Shown here piece by piece: positions 1 to 13,460 of a DNA stretch of 64,000 bases. The DNA is from Hypanus sabinus (lineage: Eukaryota). The DNA lies in assembly GCF_030144855.1 (NCBI RefSeq), contig NC_082712.1:90210001-90274000 (forward strand), read 5' to 3'. A model generated the notes under the pieces. It ran no database searches, had not been told where the DNA came from, and saw only the letters and a list, made by a program, of their open reading frames with translations. How positions within the stretch are numbered: the stretch's first letter is position 1; each line of letters opens with the position of its first letter. The position numbers were made by a program, and so were the translations under genes.

Positions 1-471
1 ATTCAATGCAGTGGTCCTTAGGACCCAGCGGACCTCAGGAGCTGGCAGAACTCGGGACCGGCCTGCAGTGTTTCTGTTCCGTTGATGGGAAGTGATCACG
101 ATTGAAAATAAAGTGGAAATAATAAAGCAATTGGAAAGAGTTGAAACGTCATTGGTCATTGTTAGGCTACAGTCGGTCAAAGATCTGAACAATTTTAAAG
201 GATAAAGTGAGAATAATGGAGCATGTGAAAGGCCCTGCCCCTATGAAAGCTACAAATATTACTAAGCAATGCAGTGGTTTAATTATTGGAATAGATATGT
301 TTCTTAAGGGTTTTATATGCATAGAAAGGTAAAATATATCCTATATACTAAGACAAACGTTTGACTAACTGATGCTAAATAATACTGGATGTATTTGTTC
401 CAACTTACGTACAAATCCGACTTAAAGACGGACTCAGGAACGGAACTGGTACGTAACCCAGGGACTGCCTG
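1..471 (+). mobile_element. Tigger/pogo-like non-autonomous DNA transposon, 3' part
   Basis: Degenerate N-terminal HTH coding remnant (IENKVEIIK..ERVET...TILKDKVRIMEHVKG); ends ...gtaacccagggactgcctg followed by TA at 472-473. Confidence 0.7.
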
Positions 472-1664
472 TATTAAATCTTTAGTCTGGTTTGAATTGC
501 CAAAGTCTCTGTGACTCCTGCGCTTGAGTTTGCCACTGATCCTCACAGTATGGTTCACCTGCCCATGTTGCCATGTTATAAGTGTTACTGTTTTGAAAAG
601 CAGTTTCTGAAGCCAACTAAGGGATTAATTTGGACCTGGGGGAATAGTATCATGGTATCTTTGGGGCAGTCTCTCAGAAGTCTACATTCTGAATCCAACC
701 AGAAAGCTGGTTAATACTCAACTTGGATAGATTACTGATCTTAAACTGTACTGTTAGTGAAAACGTGTGATTGGTGGTCAACATGCACTCAGTGGGCTGA
801 AGGGCCTGTTTATTTATTTAGTTATAGAGAGCCCACCTTTCTTGCCCACTTTGTGGTTTGGTGTTGGCTTCTGGGCAGAGTCTTTACAAGACGGGTGACC
901 CCGGCCATTATCAACACTCTTCAGAGCCTGTCTGCCTGGTGTCAGTGGTCACATAACCAGGACTTGTGATCTGCACCGGCTGCCCGTACGACCATTCACC
1001 ACCTGCTCCCAGGGCTTCATGTGATCCTGATCGGGGTGGGCGGGGAGGTGAGGTTTGTTAAGCAGGTGCTACGCCTTGCTCAAGGTTGACCTGCAGGTAA
1101 ATGGAGGCTACACCTCCACCCAATTACACCCATACCAGCAGTTAACCCTCTAAATCTTTGGAATGTGGGAGGAAACCGGATTTCCAGGAAGATGATACAA
1201 ACTCCTTACAGACAGCAGCAGGAATTGAAATCAGCATGCTGGCACTGTAATAACATTACGCTAACAGGTGCACAAGCCACGTTCTGTGTCTCCAGCTGAT
1301 AATGAAGGGCACACCAAGGTAGGCATGCTTGTGATATCTTGGAAGTCAGGGAGAAAGAAAAATTGCACAAAGACTAGATTTTTTAAAATTAGAAGCAGTT
1401 TCACAAGTGTGAAAGTAGAGCAGTAAGAAATAAACTAACAAATTGGGTTAAGGAATCATGACTCAGTGGCAAACGTTTAAGGGGATCTTAAATTTCAGAA
1501 TTGAGAGATTAAACACATTCCAAGTAGAGGGAGCATTTCAGAGGAGGAGTCACCATCTGTCGTAACTAAGGAAAATTAAAGACAGTGTCCCAGACTTGGA
1601 GATGAAAAGGGTATGTCATTGTCCGAAGTAATGTAAAACAACTTGAGAATTAATGGTTCAATTC

Positions 1665-2075
1665 AATATCAGAGAAGTTTCTCCTTGGAGCAACGGAAGA
1701 TGAGAGGTGACCTGATAGAGGTGTATAAGATGATGAGAGGTATTGATAGTGTGGATAGTCAGAGGCTTTTTCCCAGGGCTGAAATGGTTGCCACAAGAGG
1801 ACACAGGTTTAAGGTGCTGGGGAGTAGGTACAGAGGAGATGTCAGGGGTAAGATTTTTACTCGAGAGAGAGGTGAGTGCATGGAATGGGCTGCCAGCAAC
1901 GGTGGTGGAGACGGATACGATAGGGTCTTTTAAGAAACTTTTGGATAGGTACATGGAGCTTAGAAAAATAGAGGGCTATAGGTAAGCCTAGTAATTTCTA
2001 AGGTAGGGACATGTTTGGCACAACTTTGTGGGCCAAAGGGCCTGTATTGTGCTGTAGGTTTTCTATGTTTCTGTG
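1665..2075 (+). mobile_element. CR1 LINE 3' fragment
   Basis: SLEQRKMRGDLIEVYKMMRGID C-terminal ORF2 motif; ends in a ttctatgtttct tail. Confidence 0.9.
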
Positions 2076-2399
2076 TTTTTCTAGAATGTAGACAGTAGCC
2101 AACCTGAAATTCATACTCTCCACAGACATCCATGAAATGGGGGTGGGAGGTGGTGGGGAAATACTGAAGTCTCCTTCCCCCTCCCATGCACACCAGGCCA
2201 CATTTTCTGAGTAATTAATGCAGAAAAGCAGGTATTGCAATTGTACTTAGCAAATCTGTAGGGCAGTGACTGCATACAGGATCAACGAGCAACAAACTGT
2301 GCAAATGCAAATAAAAATATCAATAAATAACGAGAGAAAATAAAACAAGATTAGACAGTTCTTAATGTGAGACCATCTGTTGTGGGAACACCAGAAATA

Positions 2400-3365
2400 G
2401 ACTGAGTGTAGATATCCCCTTTTGTTCAAGAGCCTGATGGTTGAGGGGTGTAACTGTTCCTGAACCTGATGGTGTGAGTCCTGAGGGTCCTATAGCTTCT
2501 ACGTGATGGCAGCAGCGAGAAGAGAGCACGGCCTGGGTGGTGAGGGTCTTTGATGATGGATGCTGCTTTTCTACGGCAACATTTCATGTAGATGTGCTCA
2601 GTAGTTGGGAGGACTTTGCCCATGATGTGCTGGGCCGAAACCATTACCTTCTGGAGGATTTTCTGCTCAAAAGCATTGGTATTTCCCTACCAGGGCTTAT
2701 CGCAGCTACTGAGTACACGTCCACTACACACATATAGAAGTTTTATCAAGTTTTTTGATGATATTCCACAGTATCCTGAGGAAGTAGAGGCACAGCCATG
2801 CTTTCTTTGCAATTACATTGAAATGATGGATCCAGGACAGGGTTTCTGACACCCAGGAATTTAAAGTTACTGACCCTCTCCACCTCTGAACTTCTGATGA
2901 TTACTGGCTCTTGGACCTCTGGTTTCCCTCTCCTGAAGTTTACAAGTAGTCCCTGCAGTTCCTTTGGCTGGTTGACATTGAGAGAGAGGTTGTTGCTCAG
3001 CCAAATTATGAAGCTCCCTTTTGTACGCTGACTCATCACCACCTTTGATACAGCCCACAACAGTGGTGTCATCAGCAAACTTGAATATGGCATTGGAGCT
3101 GTACTTGGCCACACAATCATAGATGTAAAACGAGTGGAGCAGGGGCTAAGTACACATTGGAGATTGTGGAGGAGATGCTTTTGCCAATCCAAACTGACTG
3201 GGTTCAGCAAGTGAGGAAATCCAGGATCCAGTTTCACACGGGGTATTGCAGACCAGGTCTTGTAGTTTATTGATTAGCTTAGAGGAGATGGTGTTGAGTA
3301 CTGAGCTATAATTAACAAGGAGCATTCTGATGTATGCATCTTTGCAGTCCAAGTGTTCCAGGATT
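2400..3365 (-). mobile_element. Rex1/Babar-like LINE RT fragment, interrupted by CR1 and continuing at about 4990-5215
   Basis: Minus-strand ORFs with AYIRMLLVNYSSVLNTI, FKFADDTTVVG and EVERVSNFKFLGV motifs. Confidence 0.75.
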
Positions 3366-3368
3366 ATA

Positions 3369-4990
3369 ACCATAAGACCATAAGATATAGGAACAGAAGT
3401 AGGCCATTCAGCCCATCGCATCTGCTCAGGCATTCAATCGTGGGCTGGTCCAATTCTTCCAGTCATCCCCACTCCCCTGCTTTCACCCCATAGCCTTTGA
3501 TGCCCTGGCTAATCAAGACCCTATCTATCTATGCCTTAAATACACCCAATGACTTGGCTTCCATAGCCACTTGTGGCAACAAATTCCACAGATTTACCAC
3601 CCTCTGACTAAAGTAACTTCTCCGTATCTCCATTCTAAAAGGACATCCCTCAATCCTGAAGTCGTGCCCTCTTGTTCTAGAATCCCCTACCGTGGGAAAT
3701 AACTTTGCCATATCTAATCTGTTCAGGCCTTTTAACATTCAGAATGTTTCTTTGAGATCCCCCCTCCTGCTCCTGAACTCCAGAGAATACAGCCCAAGAG
3801 CTGCCCGATGTTCCTCATACAGTAACCCTTTCATACCTGGAATCAGTTCCGTGAATCTTCTCTGAGCCCTCTTCAATGTCAGTATATCCTTTCTAAAATA
3901 AGGAGCCCAAAACTGCATCCAATATTCCAAGTGTGGTCTCACAAGAGCCTTATAGAACCTCAGCATCACATCCCTGCTCTTATATTCTATACCTCTAGAA
4001 ATGAATGCCAACATTGCATTCACCTTCTTCACCACCAACTCAACCTGGAGGTTAACCTTTAGGGTATCCTGCATGAGGACTCCCAAGTCCCTTTGCATCT
4101 CTGCATTTTGAAATCTCTTCCCATCTAAATAATAGTCTGCCTGTTTATTTCTTCCACTAAAGTGCATGACCATATAATTTCCCACGCTGTATTTCATTTG
4201 CCACTTTTTTGCCCATTCCCCTAAATTATCTAAGTCTCTCTGCAGGCTCTCTGTTTCCTCAACACTACCTGCTCCTCCACCTATCTATGTATCATTGGCA
4301 AATTTAACCACGAATCCATTAATACCATAGTCCCAGTCATTGACATACATTGTAAAAAGCAGTGGTCAACACCGACCCCTGTGGAACTCCACTGGTAACT
4401 GGCAGCCAGCCAGAATAGGATCCCTTTATTCCCACTCTCTGTTTTCTGCCAACCAGCTAATGCTCCACCCACACTAGTAACATCCCTGTAACTCTTATCT
4501 TGCTAAGCAGCCTCATGTGCGTCACCTTGTTGAAGGCCTTCTCAAAATCCAAGAGCACCTCATCTACTGCATCTCCTTTGTCTACCCTGCTTGTAATTTC
4601 CTCAAAGAGTTGCAGTAGGTTTGTCAGGCAGGATCTTCCTTTCAGGAAACCATGCTGGCTTTGGCCTATCGTGTCATGTGCCTCCAGGTTCTCCGTAATC
4701 TCATCCCTAGCAATCGATTCCAACAACTTCCCAACCACTGATGTCAGGCTAACAGGTCTATAGTTTCCTTTCTGCTGCCTCCCACCCTTCGTAAATAGTG
4801 GAGTAACATTTACAATTTTCCAGTCATCTGGTACAATGCCAGAATCTGTCGATTCTTGAAAGATCATCGTTAATGTCTCCTCAATCTTTCCAGCTACTTC
4901 CTTCAGAACCTGAGGGTGCATTCCATCAGGTCCAGGAGATTTATCCACCCTCAGACCGTTAAGCTTCCTGAGCACCTTCTTAGTCATAAC
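3369..4990 (-). mobile_element. CR1 LINE, 5'-truncated, degenerate ORF2
   Basis: KSPGPDGMHP, NYRPVSLTSVVGK, QHGFLKGRSCLTNL and LVRPHLEY motifs; accataagaccataag tail at 3369. Confidence 0.92.
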
Positions 4991-7699
4991 TGAGTGAAGA
5001 GACAATGAAGACAGCATGTGCTGTGGACCTGTTGCTTTGGTAGGCAAATTGGTGCAGATCCAAGTCTTCACTCAGACTGAAGCTGATATGTTTCAACACC
5101 AGCCTCTCAAAACACTCCATCACTGTGGATGTAAGGCCCATTGGATGATTGCCATTAAGGCAGGTTAAGATGGCAGCTGAGTACAATGCTCTCATGGTCA
5201 ACATCTTCTGATAGACCATGAAATTATTTATTTCACTTTCATGTCTTTTACGCTTGTTTTTCATCTTGAATGCGGTTCTGGAACTGTTGAAGCCTGTGAT
5301 TTGTAGTCTGACGATTGTTTGGGACATCCAGCACTCTGCCGTCTCCGAGAGGATTCCAGGACACAGAGGCAGCGAACGCAAGCCTCGTGGCGAGGAGGCT
5401 GTGAGCCAATGTTTGACTCCATTTTGCTGATTAAAGCTTCCCTGGTTCACTGATTAAAATGATGAGGGAGATTGGAATATCGAGACTTAATTTCGCTGAA
5501 TAAAGCTTCCATTGTTCGCCGATTAAAGCGGCAAGGGAGATTGAAACATCGAGGCAAATGCAGGTGGTGAGCGCTGACTGCCTGCTTTTTGATCGCTAGT
5601 GGGATCGGAGAGAGGAAACTGTGTGGCCTGCCACTGTGCCCAAAGTTTTCTGCATTTTGGATATGGATATGGACTTGGGCTATGGACTTTTTTTTAATCT
5701 TATAGTTATTTAAATCTTGTGTTTTTCACCCGATCTTTCTCATCTTATTTTCCTGCGGGAAAGGGGTATTTGGTGGTTGGCGTTTCTGTTTCATTTTCTT
5801 TTGTGCAAAGGAGGAGGGATTTGGGGGTTGACGATTTTCTTGGTTTCATGGCTATCTGGAGAAGAATTTCAGAGTTGTCTATGTTGATAATAAATGAACC
5901 TTTGAACCTTTAGCACAGACCATCAGTACTCCATCCAGACTGCATGCTTTCCTTGGATTCACTCTCCCAAAGGCAGTCCACACGTCACTTTCAGAACCTG
6001 AGACCAAAGGATCATCAGGAGACATGGGGGTGCGCAATGGTTACTCCCTGTTCTAGCGGTCAAAGCGAGCATAGGAGGCATTGAGCTCATCTGTTAGTGA
6101 AGCCCAGCTCTTCCCTATGTGGCCAGATTTAACTTTGGCGTTCAAACCCTACCACGCTTCTCGAGCATTCCTCTTTAATTCCAGTCTAGTCCGGAATCTC
6201 CACTTTGCCCATGAGGTGGCATTCCGGAGCTCATACCTGCACCTCTTGTAGGATTCTTGATTTCCATAGAGCTCCTCTCACTCTAAGGAGAAACGTTTAT
6301 GAGTATGAGATTAAACAAAGCAGAAATGTAAGAACGGATAACTAGTTTGAGTCATAGAATCCTACAGCATGCAAGTAGGCCTTCAGCCCAATTCATCCAT
6401 GCCAACTATGTTGGCCAGTGAGCTAGTCCCATCTGCCCACGTTTGGCTCCTAGCCTGCTGAAACTCCCATTTGTGTACTTATCCAGATGGCTTTTAAATG
6501 TCGTTAAAGTGCCACTACTTCTGGTGGCTCTTTCCGAATATGCACCACCCTCTGCGTGCTGAAGCAGCCCCTGATGTTCCTTCTAAATCTCCTGCTTCTG
6601 ATCTTAAACCTACTCCCTTTGAACAAAGTGACCTTTGGTCATTTTCAAAATGTGCCCCAGGAATTAGCAATAGGGAGCAAAATGGAGGCAGCTGGGGAAA
6701 TTTGCAATCACTAAGAAAGTGGTGTTGAGCAAACTGTCAGAGCTACATGCTGACTAGTCCAAGGATCCCAGTGAACTTCATCCTAGGGGGCTTGAAAGAA
6801 GTGGCTTAACATGATAGCTGATGTGTTAGTTCTGATTTTCTAGTATTCCCCAACTAATGGAAGACTCCATCAAGATTTGAAAAATCAGAATCAGGTTTAT
6901 TATCACCGACATGTGTTGTGAAATATGTTAACTTAGCAGTAGCAGCAGTTCAATGCAATACATAATATAGAAAGATTAAGTAATTATACAGTAAATATAT
7001 ATATATATGTGTGTATGTGTATATATAGAATAGATTAAAAATAATGCAAATGTGGAAATAATACATATTTTTAAGAAGTGAAGAAATGTTCATGGGTTCA
7101 ATGTCCATTTAGGAATTGGATGGCAGAGGGGAAGAAGCTGTCCCTGAATTGCTAAGTGTGTGCCTTCAGGCTTCTGTATCTCCTTCCTGATGGTAACAAC
7201 CAGAAGCAAATAGCAAAAGTAACCATTACTCAAAGAGAAGGAAACCAAATTCTAATTAGTTTAACATCACGGAAAATATTAGAAACTCTTATTAAACTGT
7301 CATAGCACGGTACTTTGAAAAATTGAAGGTAACCACACGGAGTAAACATGGATCAGTGAAACGGGATTCACATTAGAACACTTGACTGTTCTCTGAATAA
7401 ATAATACGCTGTGGATCAAGGGGGAACTGCCAGATGAGGGTGGATGTACTATTCTTAGATTTCCAGAAGGCATTTAGTTAGGGCCTGTCTCAAAGATTAC
7501 TGCAGAAAATAAAAACTTGTGTAGGAGGAAGCATATTAGAATGGATAAAAGATGATCTTTATCTTTGCTTTTTCTAAATGCTTCCACAAATATTAAAAAG
7601 AAAATTTGTTGAAGACAAGTGTAGGACCTGAATGAAATTGTTATTTTCCTTGTAGTTAAACTTTGCTATGCCTGTTTGTAATTTAAAAGTATCAGAATC

Positions 7700-8340
7700 A
7701 GGTTTCACATCAGCAGCATATGTCATGAAATTTGTTTTTTGTCAGCAGTACAATGCAATATATGATAATAAAAACGGAATTACAGTAATTATATATGTAT
7801 ATAACGTGCACACACACACAGTTATTAAGTAGTGAGATAGTGTTTATGTATTTAGTGTTTATGTATTCAATGTCCATTGAGAAATCAGATGGCAGAAGGG
7901 AAGAAGCCATTCCTAAAACATTGAGACTGTGTCTTCTTCTATACCTCCTCCCTGATGTTAGTCATGAGAAGAAGGCATGACCTGGGTGATGGGGGTCCTT
8001 AATGATGGACACTGCCTTTTTGAGGCATTGCTCCTTGAAGATGTCCTGGATGCTGGGGAGGCTAGTGCCCATGATAGAGTTGACTGATTTTACAACTTTC
8101 TGTAGCTTATTTCAGTCCTGTGCACTAGCAGCAACCGCACACACACACACACCAGTGATGCAACCAGTTAGAATGCTCTCCATAGTATATCTGTAGATAT
8201 TTGCGAGTGTCTTTGGTACCATACCAAATCTCCTCAATCTCTTAAAGAAGTATAGCTGCTGTCCTGCCATCTTGGTAACTGCATCGATATGTTGGACGTG
8301 GGAATTCCAGAAACTTGAAATTGTTCACTCTTTCCACTTC
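7700..8340 (-). mobile_element. Rex/Babar-like LINE 3' fragment
   Basis: Starts with the atcagaatcagg tail seen in other copies; body resembles the minus-strand LINE 3' ends at about 2400, 6880 and 54120. Confidence 0.6.
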
Positions 8341-8477
8341 TACCTATACATATACATGTTCAGTGAATTTGCCATTACTTATGGTAAAGTTGTTTCTGTA
8401 TTTTTTCTAGAAACTTTGTAATTTTCTGTAGCATGTGTCTTGCCTCTTGAACCTGGCAGTGTTATAGGTTAATAGTG

Positions 8478-8790
8478 TTGGCGCATAGCCAAGTGGTTAA
8501 GGCGTTTGTTTAGTGTTCTGAAGGTCGCTAGTTCGAGCCTTGGCTGAGGCTGCATGTGTGTCCTTGAGCAAGGCACTTAACCACACATTGCTCTGTGATG
8601 TCACCGGTGCCAAGCTGTATGGGTCCTAATGCCCTTGCCTTGGACAACATCGGTGGCGTGGAGAGGAGAGACTTGCAACTTGGGCAACTGCCTGTCATCC
8701 ATAAAAAGAAAACCTTGCCCAGGCTTGTGCCCTGGAAACTTTCCAAGACGCAAATCCATGGTCTATTGAGACTAACGGAGGCCTACCTAC
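8478..8790 (+). mobile_element. tRNA-derived SINE (V-SINE-like)
   Basis: A-box-like tggcgcatagccaagtgg, B-box-like agttcgagcc, core gtgtccttgagcaaggcacttaacc, and (ccta)n tail. Confidence 0.8.
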
Positions 8791-9395
8791 CTATAGGTTC
8801 ATTGTTAACACTGGAATTTTTGGTTATCTTTAGTCTGAGTATGAAATGACTGTGACTACATTTTCCTTTCCTTTTGTTCTCTCAGCTCCTGCGTCCAGCC
8901 CATATCCCTCCAAGTCCCACTCCTGCACCTAACTATCTACGTGCTTTTTAAATGATACTGGTGTACCTGCCTCAGCCATTCGTTCCATATACTGTCCACC
9001 CCGAGTGGAGAAGTTACCCCTCGGGTCCATTTTGAATCTTTTCCCCTCTCAAGCTAAATGTGTGTCCACTTACCCTGGAGAAAAGACTTTTACCACTGGC
9101 CTTATCTCTGCCTGTCATAATTTAAAACACTTCTATAAGTTTACCTCTCATTCTCCCACATTCCAAGGAATAAAGACCTAGCCTTCCAGCCTTTCCCTAT
9201 ATTGATTTCTTTTCAAAGTATTTTATGTACATTCTTCTCAAAGCATAATTCTGTCTCTTGTATCTTGAGCAAGAGGATAATATTACTGAAAGATTAGATG
9301 TTTCAATAAAGAGTAACAGGTCACGTTGAAGGCAGTATTGGACATAGCTAAAGTGCAGTGGTAAACCAGGTGAAACTCCTTGCAGGGTGCATATA

Positions 9396-9467
9396 CAGTA
9401 CTGTACAAAAGTCTTAGGCACATATATATACTGTAGCCAGGGTGCCCAAGACTTCTGCACAATACTG
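9396..9467. mobile_element. 72-bp Tc1/mariner-type MITE
   Basis: Imperfect TIRs cagtactgtacaaaagtcttaggcac / gtgcccaagacttctgcacaatactg with TA on both sides; related copies near 10415 and 56104. Confidence 0.8.
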
Positions 9468-11569
9468 TATTTGTCAACATGGAGCGGAGGGTGAGTTACA
9501 AAATCTGGCAGGAGCAAAGGATGTTGGGAATGCTGCGGGAGGGCTGTGGGATGGAGGAATACCAGAGGGTGGCACTTGTGCAGACACGCCCAGCCTTGAG
9601 ACACCGGCAAGGTCATCTGAATCCAAACAGTTGGTTTATTGATTGTTACAGAATGTCTGTCTGGTGCTTCCCCTCTTCCCAATCATGATTCCCCTCACAA
9701 TTGGGAGTGAGGTGGTAATTACCACCATTACCACCCATTGGGGGTGGTAATGGGGCCAAGATCACACTGCCTATTAAATGTTCCTATTTGTGTGCACCTC
9801 AAATAGGCTCTGTCAACCAAGTCCAGCTCCTGGCCTTCACATGTGACCTAGCTACTAAGCCCCGCGGACCAGTTTCTGACAGGAGAAGGGGCAAAGGCGG
9901 GTTACTGGCACCTTAAAACCTGTTACTTCGAGTAGATAGGGCTCGTCAGCCATGGTTGGCAGCTGTTCTAGGAGAAGAAAAACTCTAATCTCAAACCTCC
10001 ACTGCCCTGTGGCTAAATCCAGTCATGGGGAAGGATTCGGGAGAAAAACCCTGAGGGGAAAAATCCAGAGCTGGAGTCCCTAAGACGGTTCGACATTGAG
10101 TTCAATGCTGACTGGCAACTCCTGTGACGCTGCTGGTACCAAACTCTGCCATTCCTTTGGGTTCACCAAATGTGTGAGGAAGGTACGTTTGCTACATGGG
10201 CAACAACTTGCTCTCCCTATCATACTGCCCAGGTTTGCATATCTAGACAGCTAGGACGCAATATCCATGGTCAACTCTGGCTGACCAAGGCCTCAGAAGT
10301 AGGTGGGAGAATTGGGAGAAGCTGAAGGGTATATGAGAGACAGTCAGTTTGTTACAGAGGAGTAAGTCGGGAAATGGCATTGTTTTGAGAACTGGTATAG
10401 ATCCTAGCTATATATATGTGCCTAAGACTTTTGCACAGTACTGCATGTTAACCAGTATGAAGTAAACAAGTTACATGATTTCATAACTAAGGACAGATTA
10501 ATTAGAAGCCTTCAAAAGTCCATTAAGTCCATACTTAGAGACAATGACAAAACAGTGAGATTGGGGCAAATGGGAAGATTATTTGAAGGAGTCAATGTGT
10601 CTGCTGGCCTTCCTCAACCTCCCTACAATTAGTGGGGTAAAATATCATTGTTGATATGATGAACATGTGTAACAGCAATCTCTGTTGGAGGATGAGAGGT
10701 GTACAGCATGAACTTTGATCCCTCAAAGTTGCAATGGAAGTTGATAGGATTGTTGCGAAGGTGGAGGGTGTTTCTTCATTAGTTGGGGGATTGAGTTCAA
10801 GAGCTATGAGGTAATACTGCAGATCTATAAAGCCCTGATTAGACAGCATCTTGGAGTATTATGTTCAGTTATGGTTGCTTCATTTTAGGAGGGATGTGGA
10901 AGCTTTAGAGAGGGTGCAGAAATGATTTACTTTTATATTGCCTGGAGTACAGAGCAAGTCTTATGAGGATAGATTGAGTGATCTAGGACTTAAGAGGCAT
11001 GGATAGAATGGACACCCAGCAAGTCACAAATGGCTAAATCGAGATGGCATAATTTCAAGGTGATCAGCGGGAGGAACTGTATGTCAGTTCTCTGTTAAAA
11101 CTCTTGTTTTAACACTGAGTGTGTAGATTGCTCTGCCAGGAATAGTGGTACAGGCAGATACATCAGGGGCATATAAAAGACACTTAGGCACAAGAATGAT
11201 TGGAAAATTGGAGAATTATGTGGGAGGATTATTTGTCGGCCGGTGGCAAAGTGGCATCTGCACCAGATTTTGAGGTGAGTGGTCCTTTGTTCAAATCTGG
11301 CCAGCTCCTTGCACACTGTCCATCCGTGTTGGGTTGAGCATCAAGCTAGCAACTCGGCCTGGTAAAGAGAAACAGATAAAAAATGCTAAAGAACCAGCAA
11401 GGTCCCACCCAATGTGCCACAAAGCGTGGAAAGGAGCAAGGTCAACAACAGAACTTGGGCACATGGATGAAAGGAAAATGGAGGGTTACCTTGGAGGGAA
11501 GGAACTAAGGGTAGGTTGAAAGGTGAGCACAACTTGTTGCTTTATAGTTAAATGTTCTTTTCATCCTAG

Positions 11570-11896
11570 GTGAAAGAGATGTCTGGGCAAACTCCACAGA
11601 GGTCACAGTAAAAGCAGGGGAAAATCTAACCCTCCATTTTTCCCACAATCTGAAATGTTTTACATCTAATCTACACCTAACCTGGAAGCAAGACAGAAAC
11701 TTGGTTGCTTTCATGAGCGTTGGCCAGGAGCGACAAGTAAAACAGAACCTTGGTGTTTCGGCCAACTATATTAATGGAAATGCCACTCTGCTGCTACAAA
11801 ACATCACACCTTCCCAAGCAGGCAACTACACATGTTGCTTTAAAGATTACGCCTCCACTGAAGAACGTTGTGCGGTCATAAATGTTGTCATCACAG
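11570..11896 (+). CDS. Gene 1, IgV-domain exon (single-V IgSF protein)
   Basis: Acceptor ttcttttcatcctag|GT, donor ACAG|gtaact; 327 bp, phase 1-1, open: ERDVWANSTEVTVKAGENLTLHFSHNLKCFTSNLHLTWKQDRNLVAFMSV...NATLLLQNITPSQAGNYTCCFKDYASTEERCAVINVVIT. Shows C-strand Trp, E-strand LxLxNI and F-strand GxYxC. Confidence 0.9.
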
Positions 11897-11947
11897 GTAA
11901 CTTGGAATAGTCTTTGCTTCAGAATCGGGTTTATGATCACTGGCGTT

Positions 11948-12449
11948 CACTCAGTGGCCACGCTATTAGGTGCCTCTTGTTGCTACCTTATTAAGTTTGT
12001 GGTCTTCTGCTCCTGTAGCCCATTCACTTCAAGGTTCAATGTGTTAGATGCTCTTCTGCACAACACTGTTGTAACATTTGGCTACTTGAGTTACTGTCAC
12101 CTTCCTGTCAGCTTAAATCAGTCTGACCATTCTCCTCTGACCTCTCTCATTAACAAGGCGTGTTCACCCACAGAACTGCCGCTCACTGGCTGGTCTTTTA
12201 TGTGTTTTTCACACCATTCTCTGTAAACTCTAGGGACTGCTGTGTGTGAAAATCCCAGTAGGTCAGCAGTTTCTGAGATACTCAAACCACCCCATCTGGC
12301 ACCAACAGTCATTCCACGGTCAAAGTCACTTAGATCACATTTCTTCCCCATGTCTGTATGCTTTTGTGCTTAGAGTTGCTGCCCCATGATTGGCCAATTA
12401 GATATTTGCATTAACGAGCAGGTTTACCTAATAAAATGGCCACAGAATG
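11948..12449 (-). mobile_element. Tc1-like non-autonomous element
   Basis: TIR cactcagtggccac...tattaggt; HTH remnant MGKKCDLSDFDRGMTVGARWGGLSISETADLLGFSH; second copy at 55338-55890. Confidence 0.85.
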
Positions 12450-12989
12450 AATGTCAGAAAATATGTTGTTTTGCAGCAGCAGTATAGTGTAAGACAAAAA
12501 AAACTGTGTTCCAATAAAAAAAACTATAAATAAATAGATAAGTAGATAAATAACTAGTGCAGAATGAGGGATAGTCAGGAAGTGCTATGGGTTCAGCAAC
12601 CATTCAGAAATCTGCTGACAGGGAAGATGCCTCTCCTCAAAAGGGATGAGGAGCAATTTCTTTAGCCGGAAGCTGGTAAATCTGGAATTAATTGCCATGG
12701 ACAGCCGTGGAGGTCAAGTCATTGGGTATATTTAAAGAGGAGGTTGGTAGTTTCTTGATTAATCGGAGTGTCAAAGATTAGGAGGAGAAGGCAGAAGGTT
12801 TAGAGGGATAAAAAATCAGCCATGATCAAATGGCAGAGCAGACCATATTGGCTGAAAGGCCTAATTCTGTTTCCATGTGTAATGGAAGAAGCTGTTTCTA
12901 AAATGTTGCGTGTGAGTCTTCAGGCTCTTGTAACTCTTCCCCCCCCCCCCCCCCCCCCCGATGGTAGTACTGGCAATAGTAATCATTCT

Positions 12990-13460
12990 CCATAAGACAT
13001 AGGAGTAGAATTAGGCCATCTGGTCCATCAAGTCTGCTCTGCCGTTCAATCATGGCTGATCTTTTTTTTTTCCCTCTCCTCCTCAACCCCATTTCCTAGC
13101 CTTCTCCCCATAACCTTTGATGCCATGTCCAACCAAGAACCCATCAATCTCTGTCTTAAACAAACCCAACTTGGCCTCCACAGCTGCAAGTGTTAACAAA
13201 TTCCACAAATTTACCACCCTTTGGCTAAAGAAATTTCTCCGCATCTTTGTTTTGAAAGGGTACCCCTCTATCCTGAGGCTGTGCCCTCTTGTCCGAAACT
13301 CTCCCACCTCAGGAAACATCCTTTCCACATCTACTCTGTCAAGGCCTTTCAACATTTGAAAGGTTTCAATGAGATCCCACTCCCCCACCACCATCCTTCT
13401 GAATTCCAAAAATAACAGACCCAGAGCCATCAAACCCTTTCATTCCTGGAATCATCCTTA
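12990..13460 (-). mobile_element. CR1 LINE 3' fragment
   Basis: DLIETFQMLKGLDRV, RNFFSQRVVNLWN motifs; ccataagacatagg tail. Confidence 0.9.

Noticed and set aside
1296-1318. 23-bp micro-exon (ctccag|...|gtaggc)
   Set aside because: The splice signals look plausible, but the phases (1 to 0) do not link to any identified exon and nothing else supports it.
5218-5430. Hydrophobic ORF start (MKLFISLSCLL..) as gene 1's leader
   Set aside because: It lies in a LINE-associated repeat and has no suitable phase-1 donor.
9396-9560. MITE plus similar flank found upstream of both V exons (also 56104-56290) as evidence of gene duplication
   Set aside because: More simply a dispersed composite repeat; the V exons themselves are too divergent for a recent duplication.
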